Origin: an uncultured Gaiellaceae bacterium
Lineage (GTDB): Bacteria > Actinomycetota > Thermoleophilia > Gaiellales > Gaiellaceae
Direction of reading: 5' to 3'
NCBI GenBank assembly: GCA_963776555.1
Contig: CAVZNK010000011.1
Coordinates: forward strand, 9,920-73,919
Length of the DNA stretch: 64,000 bases
Shown: piece by piece, positions 36,997 through 44,518 of the stretch
Layout of the letters: the number at the start of each line of letters is the position of its first letter
Numbering within the stretch: position 1 is the stretch's first letter
Translations under genes and position numbers: made by a program
Notes under the pieces: generated by a model
The model's database searches: none
What the model was told of the DNA's origin: nothing
The model's input: the letters and a program-made list of their open reading frames with translations, nothing else

Positions 36997-38093
36997 TGGC
37001 CAAGCACACCGGCCGCGGGATCGCGGCGATCGAGTACCCGACCGGCATGAACCAGAACGGCGACCCCTCGCAGTGCTGGATCAAGGTGAAGCCCGACGGG
37101 CGGATCGACGTCTTCGCCGGCACGGCCGACATCGGCAACGGCTCGAAGACGATCCAGTCGCAGATCGTCGCCGAGACCATCGGCGTCCCGTACGACTGGA
37201 TCACGTACGACAACTCGAACACCGACTCGTCGCCGGTCTGCACCGGGACGTTCGCGTCGCGCGCGACGTTCGTCGCCGGGAAGGCGGCCGAGAAGGCGGC
37301 GCTGCAGGTGAAGCAGAAGATCCTCGAGATCGCGGGCAAGGAGATGGAGATCGACCCGGCCGACCTCGAGATCGTCGACGGCGAGGTGATCGCGAAGGGC
37401 GCTCCGCAGACGAAGCTCGGCGTCGGAGACGTGGCCGCCGCGGCGACGTGGGGCCACGGCGAGCTCATCACCGGCACAGGCGCGCAGCTCAAGCCGTACG
37501 CGGCGATCATCGACCCGGAGACGGGCGAGGTCGACCTCCCGCCGCACTCGGCGATCTCGTACGCGGCGTGCTCGGCGGAGGTCGAGGTCGACGACGAGAC
37601 GGGCGAGGTGCGCGTCACGCACCTCAAGCAGTGCTACGACGTCGGCCGGGCGCTCAACCCGTCGCACGTCGAGGGCCAGATCGAGGGCGGCGCCATGATG
37701 GGCCTCGGGCTCGGCGTCCTCGAGAACTGCTACCCGTACTACCCCTCGGTCGAGCACCGCGGCGGCGCGTTCGGCTCGTACCTCGCGCCTGGCATGGAGG
37801 ACATGCCGCAGATCGACACGATCATGATCGAGAACCCTTCCGCCGACGGGCCGTACGGCGCGAAGGGCATCGGCGAGATGGCGAACAACCCGCAGCCGCC
37901 CGCGATCGCCGCGGCGGTCTACGACGCGGTCGGCGTGTGGGTCACGGAGCTCCCGATCACGCCCGAGCGCGTGCTGCGCGCGCTCGAGGCGAAGGCCGAG
38001 CCGACGCGCGAGGGGAAGAAGGTCGTGTTCGACGAGGAGCTCTCGGTGAACGCGGTCTCCTCGGGCGGGATGCGGTTCGAGGTCCCGGCCTGA
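36996..38093 (+). CDS. Molybdopterin-binding large subunit, C-terminal polypeptide (365 aa)
   Basis: The ATG overlaps the previous stop by 1 nt. ADIGNGSKTIQSQIVAE, VEGQIEGGAMMGLG and YGAKGIGEMANNPQPPAIAAAV (catalytic Glu block). Confidence 0.85.
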   Translation: MAKHTGRGIAAIEYPTGMNQNGDPSQCWIKVKPDGRIDVFAGTADIGNGSKTIQSQIVAETIGVPYDWITYDNSNTDSSPVCTGTFASRATFVAGKAAEKAALQVKQKILEIAGKEMEIDPADLEIVDGEVIAKGAPQTKLGVGDVAAAATWGHGELITGTGAQLKPYAAIIDPETGEVDLPPHSAISYAACSAEVEVDDETGEVRVTHLKQCYDVGRALNPSHVEGQIEGGAMMGLGLGVLENCYPYYPSVEHRGGAFGSYLAPGMEDMPQIDTIMIENPSADGPYGAKGIGEMANNPQPPAIAAAVYDAVGVWVTELPITPERVLRALEAKAEPTREGKKVVFDEELSVNAVSSGGMRFEVPA

Positions 38094-38434
38094 CCTCGCC
38101 CTTCAGGACCTGGAACGGCGTGGATCGCCACACCCTCTTCCCGGGGGTGGCGATCCACGCGATCGGCGGCGAGCAGGTGATGCTCTGCCACGTGACGTAC
38201 GAGCCGGGCACGACGGTGCGCAGGCATTCGCATCCGACCGCGGAGCAGGTCATGTGGATCGTCGACGGCGACGTGACGATGACGATCGGCGACGAGACGA
38301 AGACGCTCGGCGCCGGCGACGTCGTCGTCGTCAACCGCGGGCTCGAGCACGAGCTCTCGACGGAGAACGGGATGACGTTCGTCGAGGCGCTCGCGCCGGT
38401 GCTGCGCGACCACGTGCCGGATGCGCGAGCGTGA
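38090..38434 (+). CDS. Cupin_2 domain protein; start unclear (CTG at 38090 overlapping the upstream stop, or GTG at 38120)
   Basis: YEPGTTVRRHSHPTAEQVMWIVDGDV...GLEHEL. The frame is open far upstream but has no ATG/GTG/TTG before 38120, although FRTWNG (38102-38119) looks like part of the domain. Confidence 0.7.
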   Translation: MTSPFRTWNGVDRHTLFPGVAIHAIGGEQVMLCHVTYEPGTTVRRHSHPTAEQVMWIVDGDVTMTIGDETKTLGAGDVVVVNRGLEHELSTENGMTFVEALAPVLRDHVPDARA

Positions 38435-38497
38435 CCTCGTGCTCGGCGAGCAGGGCGACTCGCTGCACTCCGACAGCTGACACTGCCCTCCGCCCGT

Positions 38498-38921
38498 CTA
38501 TGCAGTCGCGTCGCCTGGCGTGGCGCTCGTGAACTCCGACGTTCGTTGTCGTGACAGCCACTGACGAACGCTGGGAATCACCACGAGAGCCGCGCCTGCG
38601 CTCGCGCTCGCGACGATCAGCAAGGCGTTTCGAGCACGATGGCTCTTCTTGCGACGGATGCGCTCGCTCGCGCTATCGAGATCGTCGAGCATGCGGCGGA
38701 GGTCTTTCCGGAGCTTCTTGTCGGCCGCCAAGCGTGTGGTGATGGCGCCGGCATTGACGTTCTTTCTTCACCCGATCGCCTGCCTTCGATCCGTGTCCGA
38801 CGGCGGCTCGGATGTCGGCACGAAGCCGCTCGTCTCGGATGACTTCGTCGGTGTACGAGAGGACATCCCGCAGTGTCTCCTTCGCTTTGTCCATCCCGCT
38901 GTTTCTCGTGAGGCTGACCAT
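38498..38921 (-). CDS. Stress-type small membrane-anchored protein (YtxH-like by eye) with an apparent frameshift in an A-rich run near 38762
   Basis: GGAGGAGGAGC then ATG at 38921: MVSLTRNSGMDKAKETLRDVLSYTDEVIRDERLRADIRAAVGHGSKAGDRVKK. It continues one frame over as NVNAGAITTRLAADKKLRKDLRRMLDDLDSASERIRRKKSHRARNALLIVASASAGAALVVIP. Confidence 0.6.
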
Positions 38922-38957
38922 GCTCCTCCTCCGTGTCCGTGTGGTGACTGACCACTG

Positions 38958-38982
38958 ATACCCACACGCGCTTTCCGGAAAC
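38958..38982 (-). promoter_or_regulatory. Candidate SigB/SigF-type (general stress) promoter
   Basis: The minus strand reads GTTTCC-N13-GGGTAT. Its -10 ends about 36 nt upstream of the ATG at 38921. Confidence 0.4.
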
Positions 38983-39020
38983 AATCAGCCCGCGCTGGTG
39001 CGCCGCCGAGGAGCGCCGGG

Positions 39021-39047
39021 GTTTGGGCTGCCCCTCGTACCGGGAAC
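39021..39047 (+). promoter_or_regulatory. Candidate SigB/SigF-type promoter
   Basis: GTTTGG-N15-GGGAAC, ending about 32 nt upstream of the ATG at 39080. Confidence 0.3.
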
Positions 39048-39079
39048 TTGCAGACCGTCATTCGAACGAAAGGACGGTC

Positions 39080-39361
39080 ATGGGCATCATCGCGTTCATC
39101 ATCCTTGGTCTGCTCGCTGGCCTGATCGCGAAGGCGATCATGCCCGGACGCGACCCTGGCGGCTTGATCGTTACGACGATCATCGGTGTCGTCGGTGCAC
39201 TCTTGGGTGGCTTTCTGGCAGCCGCCATTTTCGGCGCGCACCCGCTCGACGAGTTCTTCGACATCTCGACGTGGCTGACGGCGATCATCGGTTCGATCAT
39301 CCTGCTCGCGCTTTATCGCCTCGTCATCGATCGGAGCGGCGGGCGCGCGTTGCGAGCCTGA
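39080..39361 (+). CDS. GlsB/YeaQ/YmgE family stress-response membrane protein
   Basis: MGIIAFIILGLLAGLIAKAIMPGRDPGGLIVTTIIGVVGALLGGFL is a textbook match to the family. Confidence 0.9.
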   Translation: MGIIAFIILGLLAGLIAKAIMPGRDPGGLIVTTIIGVVGALLGGFLAAAIFGAHPLDEFFDISTWLTAIIGSIILLALYRLVIDRSGGRALRA

Positions 39362-39423
39362 CTCGCCCGAACGCGAACGACCGGTTCTGTCACCACCGGT
39401 CGACGGAGCGGCCCTCGACCTGA

Positions 39424-39445
39424 AGCCCCGCTTGCCAGCGGGGCT
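39424..39445. terminator. Hairpin between convergent genes
   Basis: agccccgc-ttgcca-gcggggct: 8-bp perfect GC-rich stem with a 6-nt loop. Confidence 0.4.
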
Positions 39446-39529
39446 CGTCTGGTCTCGGTCGGCACGTCCGTGAGGGGCGTTCCTGGTGCGCGATCGTCAT
39501 CGTCAGCACGTCCGAGGCGCCGGGCGGTG

Positions 39530-39928
39530 CTAGAGGACGGGCTTGATGTCGACGACAGGCGTCCCGTCGATCGCCTCCAACGGCCCCACCGCGAGCTCCA
39601 GACCGTCGATCCCGCGCACCGTGACCTCGTGCAGGCCGAGCGGGTTCGGGCGATCCGACGAGCGCGTCGCGAAGACGCCCGTCAGCGGCCGCGACTCGTC
39701 GTCTCGCGGATGCACCTGGAGGACGCTCCGATCCGCCTCGTGCAGCCACGTCACGAGAACGAGCCGATCCCCCGCGCGGATCCCCTGGAGCGCGTCCGCG
39801 ACGGACGGCTCCAGGACGATCCACGCATCGGGCGCTCCCTCGCTGCCCTGGCGAGGGGCATCCGCTCGATCTCGGAGCGGAGAGCGGACGACGCCGATCG
39901 GCTTCAGCACGTAGCCGTCGTCCGCCAC
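39530..39928 (-). CDS. trmO: TsaA/TrmO-like (YaeB family) SAM-dependent methyltransferase domain protein
   Basis: LKPIGVVRSPL...FATRSSDRPNPLGLHEVTV...PLEAIDGTPVVDIKP. Confidence 0.8.
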   Translation of the reverse strand: MADDGYVLKPIGVVRSPLRDRADAPRQGSEGAPDAWIVLEPSVADALQGIRAGDRLVLVTWLHEADRSVLQVHPRDDESRPLTGVFATRSSDRPNPLGLHEVTVRGIDGLELAVGPLEAIDGTPVVDIKPVL

Positions 39929-39936
39929 GGCTCCCG

Positions 39937-40353
39937 CTACCTCCGCTGCGCCACGCGCATCTGGTTGCCCGAAGGATCACGGAAGCCGGCATCGACGCCG
40001 TACGGCTGCTCGGTCGGCTCCTGCTGGAACTCGACGCCGCGATCCTTCAGCTCCTCGTACGTCGCCTGGACGTCGTCCGTGGCGAAGAAGAGTCCGGTCG
40101 CGACGCCCTTGGCGACGAGCGTCTTGATCGCGTCCTGCGTCTCGGCGTCGAAGACGGGCGGGCCGGGGATGGCCATCAGCGTGATCGCGATGTCCGGCTG
40201 CCCGGGCACGCCCACCGAGAGCCAGCGGAAGTTCCCGAGCTCCGGGACGGTGACGTCCTCCCGTAGCTCGAGCCCGAGCTTCTCGGTGTAGAAGGCGAGT
40301 GCTTCGTCCTGGTCGTGCACCCACACCTGCGTGTTGGTGAGCTGGTTCAACAT
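39937..40353 (-). CDS. VOC (glyoxalase/bleomycin-resistance) family protein
   Basis: 138 aa: VWVHDQDEALAFYTEKLGLEL...YGVDAGFRDPSGNQMRV. Confidence 0.8.
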   Translation of the reverse strand: MLNQLTNTQVWVHDQDEALAFYTEKLGLELREDVTVPELGNFRWLSVGVPGQPDIAITLMAIPGPPVFDAETQDAIKTLVAKGVATGLFFATDDVQATYEELKDRGVEFQQEPTEQPYGVDAGFRDPSGNQMRVAQRR

Positions 40354-40371
40354 GGCGTCTCCTTCGTTGGA

Positions 40372-40824
40372 TTACTCGGACGCCACGCTAGCCAGGCGCT
40401 TCTCTTCCGTCTTCTCCAAACGTGCTGTATCGGGACGCGGCGCCCAGCCCATGAGGACGCAGGTCGGGACGTACACGCGGGTGAGTGCGGGCGGGTGAGC
40501 AGCGCGGTACTGCGTCGGGGTCATCCCGAACATCCGGCCGAAGCTCGTCGTGAACGAGCCGACGCTCCGCAGACCCACGGTGAAGCAGATGTCCGCGACC
40601 GAGCGGTCGGTCATTCGCAGGAGCGCCGCCGCGCGCTCGAGCCGTCGGTTCAGGAGGTACCGGTGCGGCGACTCGCCGAACTCACGGCGAAACTCGCGGC
40701 TGAAGTGCGCGGGCGAGAGCTTCGCCGCGCGCGCGAGGGCCTTCACGTCGAGCGGCTCGCGGTAGCGCGCGTCGACGAGGTCCTTCGCGCGGAGGAGATG
40801 GCGAGCCGGGTGCGCCGAGACCAT
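40372..40824 (-). CDS. AraC-family HTH transcriptional regulator (DNA-binding domain only)
   Basis: LARAAKLSPAHFSREFRREFGESPHRYLLNRRLERAAALL...DICFTVGLRSVGSFTTSFGRMFGMTPTQYR. Confidence 0.85.
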   Translation of the reverse strand: MVSAHPARHLLRAKDLVDARYREPLDVKALARAAKLSPAHFSREFRREFGESPHRYLLNRRLERAAALLRMTDRSVADICFTVGLRSVGSFTTSFGRMFGMTPTQYRAAHPPALTRVYVPTCVLMGWAPRPDTARLEKTEEKRLASVASE

Positions 40825-40859
40825 GCGGCGAGTATGGCGAAGCGATGAAGCGTGCTCGG

Positions 40860-41408
40860 CTAGCCGGTCGACGGCTCGTCGGCCATCTCGAGCAGGCGCG
40901 TGACCGTCGTCCAGTTGCGGGCGGTCGCCGTGACGCCCAGCCCCTTCCCGCTCATGAGCGCCGCGAGCTTCGACCGCCCGACGCCGTCGGGGTGCCAGGC
41001 GTAGAGCTCGCGACCAATGTGCGCGACCTGCTCCTTCCCGGAAGCGGCCGCCTCGAGCTTCCGCACGACCTCGGCAGGTGGCGCCTTCTCGAGGAACGTC
41101 ACCTGGTAGAGCTTCGGGTTCTTCGCGACCTTCGCGAACGGGTTGCGTTTCACCACCGCCGCGAGCTGGGCGCGCGTGCGCACGACCACCTTGATGTCGA
41201 GGTCGAAGCGCTTCGCGATCAACCGCTCGACCTCGGCTCCGACCGACTTCGCGGTGGCCGTGCTCGACAGCACGACATTGCCGCTCTGGACGTAGGTGCT
41301 CACGTCCTCGAAGCCGGACTCCTCGAGCGCCTCGCGGAGCTGCGGCATGGCGACCCGGTTCCGGCCGGCGAGGTTCACGCCTCGCAGGAGGACGATCAGC
41401 CGCGCCAC
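40860..41408 (-). CDS. DUF1697 family protein
   Basis: MARLIVLLRGVNLAGRNRVAMPQLREALE..GFEDVSTYVQSGNVV. Confidence 0.8.
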   Translation of the reverse strand: MARLIVLLRGVNLAGRNRVAMPQLREALEESGFEDVSTYVQSGNVVLSSTATAKSVGAEVERLIAKRFDLDIKVVVRTRAQLAAVVKRNPFAKVAKNPKLYQVTFLEKAPPAEVVRKLEAAASGKEQVAHIGRELYAWHPDGVGRSKLAALMSGKGLGVTATARNWTTVTRLLEMADEPSTG

Positions 41409-41418
41409 GGCGACTCGC

Positions 41419-41883
41419 TCAGCCGGCGGTGATGTAGTCGTTCAGGAACTGGATCTCGAAGGTCTGCAGCTTCGACTTGAACTTCACGAGGTCGCCGATC
41501 GAGACGAGCCCGACGACCTTGCCTTCGTCGACCACCGGCACGTGCCGGATGCGACGGTCGGTCATCAGCGCCATGCACTCGTCGATCGTCGTCTCGCGCG
41601 TGGCAATGACGAGCGGAGAAGACATGATCTCGCCGACGGGGGCCTCCTCGGTGCGCCCCTGCAGCGTGACGCGACGCAGGTAGTCGCGCTCGGTGACGAT
41701 CCCCACGAATTCGCCTGCATCCGTCACCAGCAACGAGCCCACGTTGTTGTCGACCATCCGCTGCACGGCCTCGAGCACCGAGGCGTCGGCGGAGATCTCG
41801 AGCACGTTGCCGCCCTTCTCGTCGAGGATCTCCGCGAGTCGATTCACGCTCACGTCCTTACCCTCCTGTGGCGAGGTTGACAC
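41419..41883 (-). CDS. CBS-pair domain protein
   Basis: Two CBS repeats (VLEAVQRMVDNNVGSLLV; ECMALMTDRRIRHVPVVDEGKVVGLVSIGD). The likely true start is the GTG at 41853, preceded by AGGAGGG. Confidence 0.85.
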   Translation of the reverse strand: MSTSPQEGKDVSVNRLAEILDEKGGNVLEISADASVLEAVQRMVDNNVGSLLVTDAGEFVGIVTERDYLRRVTLQGRTEEAPVGEIMSSPLVIATRETTIDECMALMTDRRIRHVPVVDEGKVVGLVSIGDLVKFKSKLQTFEIQFLNDYITAG

Positions 41884-41953
41884 CTGACACGAGCTTCGTG
41901 GCGATGTCGGCGAGCCGACGTCGTCGCGTCTCGATCATACGACGCCGGAGCGA

Positions 41954-43441
41954 TCAGGCTGCCTCCTCGAATACAACGGTCGGCTCCTCCTGGAGAACCG
42001 TCACGTCGGCGCCACGCGGCCGCCGCGGCTCGATGAACGCAGCCACCAGAACGGCGCCCGCGATCGCGAGGACGGCCAGTACCGCGAACGAGACCTGGAA
42101 GCCGTGCGTGAGGGCCGCGCCCGCCGCCACCGAGCTCCGGCCGTCCTCCGCCGCGCCGCTCGACGCGGTGATGGCGATCGTGCTCACGGCCGCGAGGCCG
42201 ACCGCCCCGCCGATCTGGCGGCTCGTGTTGATGAGCCCCGACGCGACGCCGGCGTCGGCGCGCGCGACCCCGGTCAGACCGGCGATCGTCATCGGGACGA
42301 ACGTGAGCGCCAGGCCGACGCCGCTGAGCACCAGCGCCGGGAACACGTCGCGTGCGTAGTGACCGTCGGCGGGGAGGCGTGCAAAGTACGCGAGCGCGCC
42401 TGCGGCAAGCACCAGCCCCGTCGTGAGCACCGGGCGCACGCCGATCCGCGTCACGAGCGTCTGGGCGACGTTCGACACGACGATGATCGTCAGCGTGATC
42501 GGAAGGAACGCGAGTCCGGTCTCGACCGGCGAGAAGTCGAGCACCTGTTGGAGGTACAGCGTCAGCAGGAAGAACTCCGAGAAGGCGACCGCCGCGACAA
42601 GCACAGCCGTCGCGTTGGCCACCGCCAGGGTCCGCTGCCGGAAGATGCGGAGCGGCAGCAGCGGCACCCTGGTCCGGAGCTCGACGACGAGGAAGGCGAC
42701 GAGCAGGACGACCGACGCCGACAGGAGCCCGAGGGTCGACGGCGTCAACCAGCCGTCCTCGGCCGCTCGCGTCATCGCGTACACGAGGAGCATCACACCG
42801 GCGGTCACGGTCACCGCTCCCGCGAGATCGAAGTGGCGGTGGCCGACCTCGGCGCGGCTCTCCGCCAGGAGCCACGGCGTCAGCGCCATCACGGCCAGTC
42901 CGACGGGGATGTTGATGAAGAAGATCCACGACCAGTCGAGATAGGAGGTGAGCACGCCGCCGAGCAGCACGCCCGCGGCAGCGCCGCTGCCGGACGCGGC
43001 TCCCCAGATCCCGAGAGCAAGGTTGCGTTCACGGCCCTCGCTGAAGGTGGTCATGAGAATCGAGAGAGCCGCAGGTGCGAGCAGCGCGCCGCCGAGCCCC
43101 TGCAGGCCGCGGAACACGATCAGCGCGCCCTCCGACCATGCCAGCCCGGACAGCAGCGAGCTCACCGTGAACAACCCCATGCCGACGAGGAACACGCGCC
43201 GCCGGCCGAAGAGGTCGGCGAGGCGTCCGCCGAGGAGCAGCGCCCCGCCGAAGACGATGGCGTAGGCCGTTATGACCCATTGCAAGCTCGCTTCCGAGAA
43301 CCCGAGATCGTCCTTGATCGAGGGGAGCGCAACATTCACGATGGCGACATCGAGGATCACCATGAACTGTGCCGCGATGACGATCGCAAGTGCTCCCCAC
43401 CGCCTGCTGTCCTGTCGAGCAGAAATCGAGGCAGAATCCAT
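41954..43441 (-). CDS. MFS transporter, DHA2 (EmrB/QacA, 14-TM) drug:H+ antiporter type
   Basis: 495 aa: VILDVAIVNVALPSI, GRLADLFGRRR, many TM helices. GGGAGG lies upstream of the ATG. Confidence 0.9.
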   Translation of the reverse strand: MDSASISARQDSRRWGALAIVIAAQFMVILDVAIVNVALPSIKDDLGFSEASLQWVITAYAIVFGGALLLGGRLADLFGRRRVFLVGMGLFTVSSLLSGLAWSEGALIVFRGLQGLGGALLAPAALSILMTTFSEGRERNLALGIWGAASGSGAAAGVLLGGVLTSYLDWSWIFFINIPVGLAVMALTPWLLAESRAEVGHRHFDLAGAVTVTAGVMLLVYAMTRAAEDGWLTPSTLGLLSASVVLLVAFLVVELRTRVPLLPLRIFRQRTLAVANATAVLVAAVAFSEFFLLTLYLQQVLDFSPVETGLAFLPITLTIIVVSNVAQTLVTRIGVRPVLTTGLVLAAGALAYFARLPADGHYARDVFPALVLSGVGLALTFVPMTIAGLTGVARADAGVASGLINTSRQIGGAVGLAAVSTIAITASSGAAEDGRSSVAAGAALTHGFQVSFAVLAVLAIAGAVLVAAFIEPRRPRGADVTVLQEEPTVVFEEAA

Positions 43442-43456
43442 CTATCGCCTCCCAGA

Positions 43457-43495
43457 ATCGTTGTGATTTGCCACGATAGCACGCTACAACGCTAT
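43457..43495. promoter_or_regulatory. Candidate MarR operator(s) in the 74-bp divergent MFS/MarR spacer
   Basis: Imperfect inverted repeat ATCGTtG-N7-CcACGAT (43457-43477), overlapping ATAGC-N10-GCTAT (43476-43495). Confidence 0.3.
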
Positions 43496-43515
43496 GGGCG
43501 GCTACACTAATCCCC

Positions 43516-44022
43516 GTGACGACGACAGACGAGACAACCGTTCTCACGCCGGGACCCGCCGGGCCGCCCAGGACCCTGGTCTCCAGCACGCCGCACCTCA
43601 TGAAGCGCCTCGCGATGCTCCAGAAGGACCGCGCGATGGGCGCGTTCGAGGAGTCCGGGTTGACTCCGTACCACTACGCGGTGCTCACACTCCTCGAGGA
43701 AGAGCCGCCGGAGACGCAGGCGATGATCGCCGACGCGCTCGGATACGACCGCAGCCACCTCGTCGGACTGCTCGACGAGCTGGAGGAGCGCGGCTTGATC
43801 GAGCGGAAGCGGGACCCTGGCGACCGCCGCCGCCATCTCGTCACGCTCACTCCGGGCGGCAAGCGTGCCGCGACGAAGCTCCGATCGATCGTCAGGAAGC
43901 TCGAGGACGATTTCCTCACGCCTCTGGACGACGACGAGCGACAGACGCTCCATCGCCTGCTCCTTCGCCTCGCCCGCTACCACGACCCGCGGTACGAAGC
44001 CGCGTGTCAGCGCGACGAGTAG
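43516..44022 (+). CDS. MarR family transcriptional regulator
   Basis: LTPYHYAVLTLLEE...QAMIADALGYDRSHLVGLLDELEERGLIERKRDPGDRRRHLVTLTPGG. Confidence 0.9.
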   Translation: MTTTDETTVLTPGPAGPPRTLVSSTPHLMKRLAMLQKDRAMGAFEESGLTPYHYAVLTLLEEEPPETQAMIADALGYDRSHLVGLLDELEERGLIERKRDPGDRRRHLVTLTPGGKRAATKLRSIVRKLEDDFLTPLDDDERQTLHRLLLRLARYHDPRYEAACQRDE

Positions 44023-44122
44023 CTCCCGAGGATTCGTCGTCGCCGGCCAGAGCCGGTGGGAGGCTTCCGGGCCGCATACGCGGCGTACGAGACCCGGGCC
44101 GCATAGCGAGTAGATTGATCCC

Positions 44123-44512
44123 GTGCCCGACCTGAACGCGATCGGAATCGTCTCGTCGGACCTCGCGCGCTCGATCGCCTTCTACCGCCTGCTCGGCGTC
44201 GACTTCCCGGAGGACGGCGAGGGACACATCGAGGCGACGCTGCCGAGCGGCGTGCGCTTGATGCTCGACGAGGAGGAGGTCATCCGCAGCTTCCGGCCCG
44301 ACTGGACCCGGGAGACCGGGAACCAGCTGGCGCTCGCGTTCGAGTGCTCGAGCCCGGACGAGGTGAACGAGTTGTACGAGCGGGTGCAGGCTGCCGGGTT
44401 CGACACCGAGAAGGAGCCGTGGGACGCGTTCTGGGGGCAACGCTACGCCCAGCTGCGCGACCCTGACGGCGTGCCGGTCGACCTCTTCGCCCGGCTGCCG
44501 GACCGCGGCTAA
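44123..44512 (+). CDS. VOC (glyoxalase) family protein
   Basis: 129 aa: IGIVSSDLARSIAFYRLLG...FWGQRYAQLRDPDGVPVDLF. Confidence 0.8.
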   Translation: MPDLNAIGIVSSDLARSIAFYRLLGVDFPEDGEGHIEATLPSGVRLMLDEEEVIRSFRPDWTRETGNQLALAFECSSPDEVNELYERVQAAGFDTEKEPWDAFWGQRYAQLRDPDGVPVDLFARLPDRG

Positions 44513-44518
44513 AGCGAC

